The notes beneath the pieces were generated by a model, which made no database searches, was not told the DNA's origin, and saw only the letters and a list, made by a program, of their open reading frames with translations. Shown here piece by piece: positions 59,201-64,000 of a stretch of 64,000 nucleotides of DNA. The position numbers and the translations under genes were made by a program. The stretch comes from a virus. Location of the stretch: the IMG/VR virus record IMGVR_UViG_3300009790_000004, positions 32,001 through 96,000 of that record; one strand, given 5' to 3'. The stretch's first letter is position 1. Every line of letters starts with the position of its first letter.

Positions 59201-62200
59201 CACAGTAATTCCTGGTGGTCGTTTAATACATGATGGAGACTTTGTAAGATTTGATAACGACTCTATTAGATTTACTTGTGATATGGATGGTGGAACATCT
59301 ACTAAGTCTTATCCAAGATCTACTGATCCTTATAGTGGTAAGTGGATGCCTATTACAGGTATTGGAACTACTAGTTTTGCAGTTCAAGTAGGTAAGTCAC
59401 CCATACAACCTTTTGGTATCACCAGTGCGATCTATGACCCCACTGCTGGTATTGTGACAGTTACTATACCTGATCATACTTTAATGACTGGTACTAGCAT
59501 AAGATTGTCACCTGAATCATTTGCATTTAGATGTGGTCTTGATACTTATCAAAGTGTACACAGATATCCTAGAGCAACTGATACTGTTGGTTACAATACT
59601 GCAGTTTCAATTGCTTCTACTACTGCAAGCACTATTTCATTCCAGATACTTCCAAGTCAACCATCAAGTAATGTATCAACTCATCATCATGTACCTAATG
59701 ATAAGTTAAGTCCAATTGGTGCAAGTTATGATCCTGTTGTTGGTATCATGACTGTTACAGCTAACAATCATGGACTTTCAAATGGTGATTATGTCAAGTT
59801 TGATGATGGATCAGTTAGCTTTACATGTACTAGAGATAATAATAAGTCTGTTCATGCATATCCTAGAACAAAGGATCCTTATCACAATAACTGGATTAAA
59901 GTTTCTAATGTGACTACAAATACATTCAGAGTGAATGGTATGAGGTCATATGACAACGCCACACATACTTTTGTATCTGGTGTATCGGATAGTATTACAA
60001 GATCTGTAATCGTCAGTGGTGGTGCGTATAATCACACCTTCGCTAGTGCTGGTGTGGGTAGTATGGATCAGAAGCGTGATAGAACTTATGATCAACCAGT
60101 TAAGATTACTGCTGGATATACAGCAGATACTATTGAAAATGCTGATTATAATCCTGTAACGGGTAATATGACTGTTACAGCAACTGGTCATGGAATGATG
60201 AATGGTGATTATGTATTATTTGAAAATAATTCTATTGCTCTTAAGTGTTCACAAGATAATTACGCTACTGTTCACACATATCCAAGAGCATCAGATCCAG
60301 TTAGCGGTGATTGGGTAGCAATTGGTAGCACAACTCTAAACACATTCGTAGTTGATGTTGGTAAGACAGCATCTGGTGATGTATACGCTCATAGTTTTGT
60401 AAGTGCAGCAACAAGTGCTATTGAATTTGGTGGAGATTATCCACATCTATTTGTAAGTGCAAGTGAAGGTGCAGTAAATGTTAAGAGTGGTGCATCAAAT
60501 GGACAAGAATTAACTCCTAATGCAGTTTCTTATGTTGCTTCTACTGGTGTTCTAACTCTAGGTTTTGCTACTTATCATGGAATGACAACTGGGGATACTA
60601 TTACACTTGATGATGACTCCTTGACTATGACATGTGCTAGGGATAATCATGGTAGTAATCATACATATCCTCGTTCAACTGATCCTATCAGTGGTGTAAC
60701 AACTGGTATTACTACTACATCAACAACACAGTTTACTCTTAATGTTGGTATTTCCACCCTAACTTGGGCAAATATTACTGGTGCAACTTATAACGGCACT
60801 ACAGGTGATATGACCTTAACTATTGGATCTGCTGCTGTTGCCGTTGCCGTAGCAAATAATCTTAAGGTTGGTATTGTCACTGATTCTATTACAATGACTT
60901 GTGATAGAGATGGTAATACTGCTCAGAAGACATATCCTCGTTTAACAGATCCTATCCACAGAAAAGTGGTATCTATTGGATCTACTGCTAATACTACAAT
61001 TACTCTTAATGTTGGTAAGTCCAATTCAGGTGATCAGTATACTCATCAGTTTGCTGGTGCAGTAGCAAATTCTCTTAGAAAACAGAATGGAACAATTACA
61101 TTCCAAGCAGGAATTGCAACTGATACTAGTGAGCATCGTTTTGATATTATGGGTGGTCATCAAGCATTAAATGCAGTCATTAGTGGTGGAAATTATGCTC
61201 ATACTTTCGTAAGTGCAGAAAGTGGTGCTGTTAAGACTGGTGGTGGATTCAACCATCGTTTTGTTAGTGGTATTGCTAGTGCTTTATATGTTGATGCTTG
61301 GTCTGGTGCTGCTCTAACTGTATCAAATGCAGTATACAATCCCGAAACTGGAATTGTAAGATTTACTGCTAAGGATCATGGATTAGTTACTCCAGAGAAT
61401 TTCAAATTTGAAGGTATTGGTGTTACATGTGCATATGGAGCTAAGACATATCCAAGTGGAGTTCAAGGTTATCATTATACAGTTAGATCAGTAGGAAATA
61501 CTACATCATTTACCACATTCGTTGGATTCTCTACTGTACAGCATGATTACACTGGTGGTGGATCAGTACAGGTTGGAGTTACTAGTAACAAATTCCCAAG
61601 TTTTGACGAAGCATATCCTGTTGCAGGAATTATTTCTGATAGATCATTTAAGGTGAATGTTGGACCTAACACTATTACACATTCTTATGTTAGTGGTGGT
61701 CAAGTTGCTCAATGGCATCCACTTACATATGGTTCTGGGTATCAAACTGGACTAGGAACTATTGGTATTGCAGTATCTTCTCCAACTGGAGGAGTAGGTG
61801 CTCAAATTAATGCAGTTGTTGGTGCTGGTGGATCTTTAATATTCAGCATTGGTGCTGGTGGAACTGGATATACTGGTGAATATGATTGTGTTCATGCTCC
61901 AGAACCAGATGGTGAGAATATGCCTATTCGTGGTTTATACAGAATAGGTGGTGGAACAGAAACTGGTGTGGGTTGTTCTATTAGTGTTCAAATTGCAGGT
62001 GTTTCCACTTCTACTGGTATTGGATCAACTTTAGCAGAAGTAACAGAATGGGAATTCACTAAGAAAGGTTATGGATTTAAGCGTGGTGATAAATTTACTG
62101 TTGCTGGTCTATCAACAGATCCTAATGCGGGTGATAATTATAAGGACTTTGAAATTGAAGTTATAGAAGTATTCACTGATCAAGTTGCTTCTTGGCAGTT

Positions 62201-63521
62201 TGGTAATATTGATTATCTTGATAATATCAAACCAAATCAAACTGGAAATCAGAAGAGATTCCCACTTTATTATCAATCTCAGTTAGTCAGTTTTGAAATT
62301 GATAGAAACGATCAAGATTCAAGAGAAATTGATCTCTCAACTGTTTTATTAGTATTCATCAACGGAGTAGTCCAAGAACCAAATAAAAATTATATCTTTA
62401 CTGGTGGTTCTGTTATAGAATTCTCTAGTGCTCCAACTGTAAATGATAATGTTGTTATTTTCTTCTATAGAGGAACAATAGGACAAGATAGTTACATTTA
62501 CGACATTAATGAAACTATCAAGGTTGGTGATACTTTAAGATTAGATAAGAGTGCTGAAATGCAACTCAACAAGGTTGTTAAAGATCAGTCAAACTTTGCT
62601 CAGATCGAAAATAGAATTATTAAGAGGATTGATAGTGCTGCTACTGTTGAAACTCCATTCTATCAAGGTCCAGGTATTAGTAATGATAACTACAAACCAC
62701 TTACTTGGACTAAGCAGAAGAAGGATCTATTTGTTGATGGTTCCTTAGTTTCTAAGGCAAGAGATTCATTTGAAGCTCAAATCAATCCATTAGGTCATAT
62801 TATTGGTGTTCTTACAACAACTGATAACTATGTCTTTGTTGACACTGTTGGTAACTTTAGAGATACTGATAATCAATTAGCAGAATCATTTGGATTACTT
62901 GCTATTGCTCCTGTTGGATTTGGTACAACAGCAGCTCCTGGAGTCAATTATGAAAATATATCTGGTGTTGAACCATTAGTTGCTGATGTTCAAGGATACA
63001 TAGGTGTGGTTACTGGTATAGGAACCACTGCTGGTATAGGAACAGATCTAGCAATTGAACTCCTAATTGATAACCAAGATTATGTTAATAGTGGAGGAGA
63101 TGCTACTGGATTGTCAACCAACTATCCATTCAGATTATATGGAACGGGCATCAATACGGTAGGAACTGCTATAACAAGTATTGATTCACATGATACTGAT
63201 ATAGTTTCTATCAGTACACATTATGGAGATAATATTTACTATGCGAGTGCAATTAGTTTCCGTAATAATGGTCGTCAGGGCATCATTACAGCAAACATAG
63301 CATCTTACTCAGATACCAGTGACATGGTTGGGGTAGGATCAACCGCATTCGCTTACGCTCACTTCACTTGGGGAAGATTTGGAAATGTCAGCAGAGCAGC
63401 TGCTCCAATCAGTCTTGATGTTAAGGGACTGTCTTATGACAACGAACTTAGCAATTTCCCTCTAGTTTTACGAAGGGGTGTCGGGCATAGAGGAACAGGA
63501 GCTCTGCCTAAACTTCTATAA
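47244..63521 (+). CDS. gp7: Giant gp7-like baseplate wedge initiator with fibre-like insertions (5425 aa)
   Basis: Between gp6 and gp8; LIPEFAKSENPLFSKFLEQYY, LYEAKGTRASFKILFKALFG, DNDYYQNMSYAI..HPAGFKNF. Confidence 0.75.
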   Translation: MIETYSPLSPRVKTYQVVSELIPEFAKSENPLFSKFLEQYYISQDFQGGPADIAENIDAYIKVDNLTTDVIRGTTTLVGTISSTDTTITVDSTDGYPQKHGLFKIDDEICGYTGLTTNSFTGVWRGFSGISTFTKQNDPSALVWEQTVAGVHTTGANVVNLSSLFLKEFYKNLKAMYTPGLEGVTLSPQLDVNNFIKEARSLYEAKGTRASFKILFKALFGVDPKINDLEKYLIKPSFANYLRRRTVSVQLISGDPSKLVGQTLFQDNDPTNPQFNEASGPISEVSNIREDYYKLSLFTGFEERGLTDGTFIVPGRSNNVGKIGIGASVITVDSTIGFSSIGNIKVGEIGTSFYQTFTYGSKSINQFFDVTPSVSIEIPSNSTVSTFNVVHGFEDGDSSKKVEMRLTGVLSDFITSRSLRNLKSTSDIKVKNLGRYISNPNINKTYDEVFFNSWIYNTSSRYQISNWGGSNFTLVGNIEKSSLKTGDRIEILRRNSEVVVAPSLIVASINASAKSISLDGTIPTLDISLDYDIRRLQDKVKSSIVPVKGGQDQLLTDINNAYIVDESKSESGKREAYVASSSLPSYTIKADRIHAVLNNPSLGGGNWDGYNSVENKYSIISFATDVPFETGDEVIYAPDPGTEVIGGLSSPSYFVEVLGSPNQIKLYASRSFIKANLPTYFTAPSTTVGRHDFILATQGTRNIFPARPIKRFILEQQLKSGKEGQTTSEVTVDGNTAMLINGIEVLNYKGADQIFYGPVDNLNVINSGILYDVQAAPNITITDAAVSVANTAGAVPVLSGIVSSIVIDPSDYDLDKVISVEIYGGNGSGAVGRALIEERFRQVYFNGISTNLGGDVSATYNTFNLDKDHNFLTGDRIVYNNNGGSNIGIATTGSSSDSLTLFSGQDYYINVWNSKVFSLHNRKSDAVIGINTILIDENAAQSNAGLHIFRTFDKNRTISRVAVEEVGSNYSNRNLFVKSVGINTFNDSIEFINHGLTDGDVLEYDNNVNPIITGLSTTKQYQVLKIDKDKFRLAEAGNKGDREPTETNYINRQNIFLDSTGIGTGYHHFKYPPIVCKVKVLTKDQQERELTATPVVRGNIKEILMYEQGANYGSTILNFPNPPIINIPFGRLGQIGLIISNGTITDAYVANGGSGYVGPPDLNVVSAATTSTGAILRSIVNDAGKITDVKVISGGVGYADTNTSVNVVPVGSEFRAEASVRALTVNKAYRLDQSEMDYLQPIGDGLAVNVVGYGNSVRSFFGDDGSGHSPIIGWAYDGNPVYGPYGLVDTNNIQSNVKKMESSYEISAASIENRPPSSQFPYGYFIDDYVYTGNGDLDEHNGRYTKTPDFPQGVYGYFATVDLLNDPQFPFFIGNTYRSQAIEENTVKGQLIDQTNFDFAGSSLVRNTQPYGLFGDGVSYDYVFQPYNTNNQVSNPSNLLEGSIESINILTGGSGYSIGDKLIFDETGTNGVGVDAEVQQLYGEPIDNITSSVTTLSDLPIKHTRQGVVFKSSPYHEFTGSDTVRITGISTYIKGLDGFHKIAVASYGSSLRDNGYTGIITDLKVEFVPPNIAVGDSIGIGTETARILSFYPNEKIVRIERYAGFTTAATGAAVTFFTSEFTVPLEVNPFESKFQNLIYFNPKEAVGVGTTVGISTSVNVSLNGVTKERSILAQSIHLPNHGFLDNDKVTFDKRGNTDLFVTDSISPYTAPSALSGDYYVINKTADTIGLKTNTSGPDLFFTTTGADKANYSFVSNYRQESATVRRSQVTVQTTKNHGLEENDRFNLIVNTGLTTGIGTSTRATVKLIDGYTIINPLEIPTSGVNSTTSIITIQDHALETGFKVLLYGAGGDSSKLPGGLEQRPYFVYKIDDDTFQLCNTDKQLKTNPPEIVGFNSTGFSGQTINPINPPVSVFRNNNIIFDLNDTSLSGANLKFFYDKNTFNEYVGTGLTSNLEVVGFGTVGVGTTNPADMAYKQINYSENLKNTLYYAIEKGGYITTSETDVLYGNQIKYTNSGYNGKQYIATGVAGTSFTANIVAEPEKSRYTQSDCEDLYYTHIGVAATGGVSKIKINNAGFGYKKLPAVTSIGSSGISAELELFGNNVNLLEDVSVPTDVYGYPADNTLKPDAFLPRILQIKNASKVLSASVTFGGKSYLNAPSLAVYDKTTGEIVNNGLLTAELSDSAVNKVNVVVEPRGLTGNDYGIAPLRNSNGISVIEAFSDVGILTCKITTPILGYDTEPFTAGDIVYLEGIEFTAGSGDGFNSGDYKFVDFEIADYNSATNPREVTFAYTGLSTNPGIGATVVPGFGQIVKSGDLARFSALKSFSEFRINEPLRRNSDLYTDLVMTDLDTNTGIMVVSGSLNLEIDDQLTGTNSGDVCEVQAITEFDGYFDISSTIDTNVGWSDNIGLIGDNNQFLPDNDYYQNMSYAIESEKTYADLITYVNDIVHPAGFKNFANTQILTKGDAGESFVPAADAGGLVLDFVSDPLRIDAIYNYDISRDANSANNLSKFLELKQTRLADFILCKTNRVLLHDDISPQFISNESNDLSDSRVIAATLAGRYFSRYLVQTIHDAQDPLKNHYQMNELILITSGGDTYLVQKSALNNTNQVGLATGYGEFFAQYNVNNGQTQVRIKPYEPFDTNYDIKAMQQGFADATGTGQTSLGNAEVRSVNISVGTATTTQIVGFNTANLAGSHGHIAVINKSENKVDYHELILQHDGTDTYMTEVASFNNRQSLGGISSPQFMGTFTSEIDSGVVKLNYIHSESQSIDLRCKFMSFNPVGYGTTSVKHFNIPFTPEGSERSGRIIVGSSATTGIATICGITSFTDLSFKSTVSVSYGNTQTFHQIYVLSDPHKVDTFLSQGPIAAVGTTTGVGSFGAEFSGKNVNLEFYPDPGVTGIVSIFSYSEVIYKQNDPNGLLVGIGSFDYGQVFENVTQNTYLGINNRNIRKFGLKYQNTPIYQRAFNPENANEIDKGTGLITLKHFFSNTEKVSYLPDSNIVGLAASSLEYSTGYGSTVLPSTCYIVKSNNNQFYISTSITDARVGKAVTFASGVGQGNLHKFTMDKRDSKSIIALNGLVQKPLSHTSITYDLDVAVNGFVTCFALSGLSTITSGDLLKIDDEYSIVQTVGFGSTTTGPITGIGTWSLVEVERGTVGSSATVHSAGSTARIYRGAFNIVDSDIYFTNAPLGGDLGMIDPGNLPYPRASFGGRTYLRQDYSTNQIFDDNSDGFDGLENIFPLTSTGVAVTGIGSTGGNGVLFINSMFQAPFGENNEGVANFKIIEQSLGGIASVNYTGITSFGYTDLIIDVDDVNQNQLPRGGIIVSVASTPGQGYAPFKGAKVHVTTGAAGAITGITGISTTDDFINVESAIYDTRTGFVTVSTAQNHRLGVEDFAKLVGLEFTCNGYQHTYISDAGADSALEVGGNYPHQWVTSSSNSVEFGGSYAHQWVSANSNAVNVQSGSQSGTQKSPSSGTYDPATGVLSLTFGGNHNMSTSDTITLDNNSLFFKCARDNYATTHSYPRSGSDYISGITTAVTVTSTTSFTINVGTTPLQYFTPTAGDYNGATGNLTLTIGSAGVAAAVANNLKVGIITSSLTFRCARDGYATDHVYPRTTDPINNTVVTIGSTTATTITLPVGISTNVRYGVYSADYSGATGIIRISTGSSASQDANQPFAVGDLVGIGTNTLKFTCAKDNHATIHTYPRSSDPAHNVMLSVASTSQTEFTVDVGKSGLGYGNTIGITSFVYDHISGIATVLTVTPHGFSDPSMVGIATNALTFTCEMDGYKSNHLYPRSSDPINNKFLEIRNVTRDEFDVNVGISTQVTYTPTNAVYDPIAGIMTMTVGSHNIMSGTNIKIAQESLNFKCAMDGLSTTKSYPRVTDPYFDTAISVASTTATGIAITVGTSPTVNYSITTATYTPSTGIVTATIGQHALKDGTSIKLKDGSLIFRCATDGYASTSTYPRSTIDTQTINGATYDANVGIMTVTVIPGGRLIHDGDFVRFDNDSIRFTCDMDGGTSTKSYPRSTDPYSGKWMPITGIGTTSFAVQVGKSPIQPFGITSAIYDPTAGIVTVTIPDHTLMTGTSIRLSPESFAFRCGLDTYQSVHRYPRATDTVGYNTAVSIASTTASTISFQILPSQPSSNVSTHHHVPNDKLSPIGASYDPVVGIMTVTANNHGLSNGDYVKFDDGSVSFTCTRDNNKSVHAYPRTKDPYHNNWIKVSNVTTNTFRVNGMRSYDNATHTFVSGVSDSITRSVIVSGGAYNHTFASAGVGSMDQKRDRTYDQPVKITAGYTADTIENADYNPVTGNMTVTATGHGMMNGDYVLFENNSIALKCSQDNYATVHTYPRASDPVSGDWVAIGSTTLNTFVVDVGKTASGDVYAHSFVSAATSAIEFGGDYPHLFVSASEGAVNVKSGASNGQELTPNAVSYVASTGVLTLGFATYHGMTTGDTITLDDDSLTMTCARDNHGSNHTYPRSTDPISGVTTGITTTSTTQFTLNVGISTLTWANITGATYNGTTGDMTLTIGSAAVAVAVANNLKVGIVTDSITMTCDRDGNTAQKTYPRLTDPIHRKVVSIGSTANTTITLNVGKSNSGDQYTHQFAGAVANSLRKQNGTITFQAGIATDTSEHRFDIMGGHQALNAVISGGNYAHTFVSAESGAVKTGGGFNHRFVSGIASALYVDAWSGAALTVSNAVYNPETGIVRFTAKDHGLVTPENFKFEGIGVTCAYGAKTYPSGVQGYHYTVRSVGNTTSFTTFVGFSTVQHDYTGGGSVQVGVTSNKFPSFDEAYPVAGIISDRSFKVNVGPNTITHSYVSGGQVAQWHPLTYGSGYQTGLGTIGIAVSSPTGGVGAQINAVVGAGGSLIFSIGAGGTGYTGEYDCVHAPEPDGENMPIRGLYRIGGGTETGVGCSISVQIAGVSTSTGIGSTLAEVTEWEFTKKGYGFKRGDKFTVAGLSTDPNAGDNYKDFEIEVIEVFTDQVASWQFGNIDYLDNIKPNQTGNQKRFPLYYQSQLVSFEIDRNDQDSREIDLSTVLLVFINGVVQEPNKNYIFTGGSVIEFSSAPTVNDNVVIFFYRGTIGQDSYIYDINETIKVGDTLRLDKSAEMQLNKVVKDQSNFAQIENRIIKRIDSAATVETPFYQGPGISNDNYKPLTWTKQKKDLFVDGSLVSKARDSFEAQINPLGHIIGVLTTTDNYVFVDTVGNFRDTDNQLAESFGLLAIAPVGFGTTAAPGVNYENISGVEPLVADVQGYIGVVTGIGTTAGIGTDLAIELLIDNQDYVNSGGDATGLSTNYPFRLYGTGINTVGTAITSIDSHDTDIVSISTHYGDNIYYASAISFRNNGRQGIITANIASYSDTSDMVGVGSTAFAYAHFTWGRFGNVSRAAAPISLDVKGLSYDNELSNFPLVLRRGVGHRGTGALPKLL
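57440..61460 (+). repeat. Intragenic array of ~85-aa domains bearing F-x-C-x-x-D...(H/K)-x-YPR-x-x-DP (12 clear, 2 degenerate)
   Basis: Counted from the translation; a 27-nt exact DNA repeat at 57990-58016 and 60849-60875. Confidence 0.85.
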
Positions 63522-63524
63522 ATA
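63517..63524 (+). promoter_or_regulatory. T4 late promoter TATAAATA for gp8
   Basis: Exact consensus overlapping the gp7 stop. Confidence 0.8.
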
Positions 63525-63557
63525 CAAAAAAGTTAGACCTTTAGTTCTACAGATGTA

Positions 63558-64000
63558 ATGGCTGCAATTATCACAGACCAATTTAGGATCATTAATGCTA
63601 ATAATTTCGTTGATTCGGTGATTAGCGGAAATAATTCCTATTATACTTTTTTAGGTCTGGCCAATCCAACAGAAACTGGATATGGGCGAACAAGTACTTG
63701 GAACAGTACTACGGTTCAGCCACCATCCCCCACAGATAGTATTAGTTACATAAACCATGTATACGATACTATGTTGTTTGGAAGAAAAGTTCTTCCTGGA
63801 GATGTTCGTAGATTAGTCCGAAAGGTTCAATGGACAAAAGGTACATCATATGACATGTACCGTCATGATTATGATGTGAATAATAGGTCACTAGTTTCTA
63901 ACTCTAGTAGACTGTATTCTGCAAACTATTATGTAATCAATAAAGACTTTAGGGTTTATATTTGTATTGACAATGGATCTGCTGGTATTACATCTACAGC
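63558..64000 (+). CDS. gp8: Baseplate wedge subunit gp8 (runs off the window edge)
   Basis: MAAIITDQFRIINANNF...YTFLG...W..GTSYDMYRHDY...ANYYVINKDFRVYICIDNG. Confidence 0.88.
   Translation, partial: MAAIITDQFRIINANNFVDSVISGNNSYYTFLGLANPTETGYGRTSTWNSTTVQPPSPTDSISYINHVYDTMLFGRKVLPGDVRRLVRKVQWTKGTSYDMYRHDYDVNNRSLVSNSSRLYSANYYVINKDFRVYICIDNGSAGITST

Noticed and set aside
19000-63000. Many 60-210 aa antisense or alternate-frame ORFs inside long genes
   Set aside because: Shadow ORFs caused by codon bias, with no independent signals
1-64000. tRNA/rRNA genes, reverse transcriptase/DGR, integrase, transposase
   Set aside because: No cloverleaf with a T-loop in the intergenic gaps and no matching protein motifs recognised by eye; tRNAscan-SE and HMM searches would confirm

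Overview
AT-rich segment of a T4-like cyanomyovirus (Kyanoviridae-type, probably infecting Prochlorococcus or marine Synechococcus). From left to right it holds: a baseplate/tail module (gp53, gp48, gp2-like, gp4, gp54, gp26, gp51, tape-measure-like proteins, gp5) with the auxiliary genes ho1, cp12 and talC and a probable manA RNA; a cluster of secreted/membrane proteins; three tail-fibre-like genes followed by a 2OG-Fe(II) hydroxylase; an accessory/early region (about 28.9-43.5 kb) with a ligase-like nucleotidyltransferase, two halogenase-like flavoproteins, psbN, a restriction-enzyme-like nuclease, an SF2 helicase and many small ORFs; then gp25, gp6, a 5425-aa gp7-like protein and the start of gp8. 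Main observations: (1) a promoter-driven, highly structured RNA of about 215 nt directly upstream of an orphan HinP1I/MspI-like endonuclease; (2) by manual scan, no ACGT, CCGG, GCGC or CGCG anywhere in the 64 kb; (3) eight copies of a palindromic operator-like motif, seven of them 31-33 bp upstream of a -10 box; (4) a Gly-X-Pro fibre gene next to a candidate prolyl hydroxylase; (5) a likely AUA-initiated gene; (6) a candidate R-loop origin. All family assignments come from motif recognition by eye; no searches were run.
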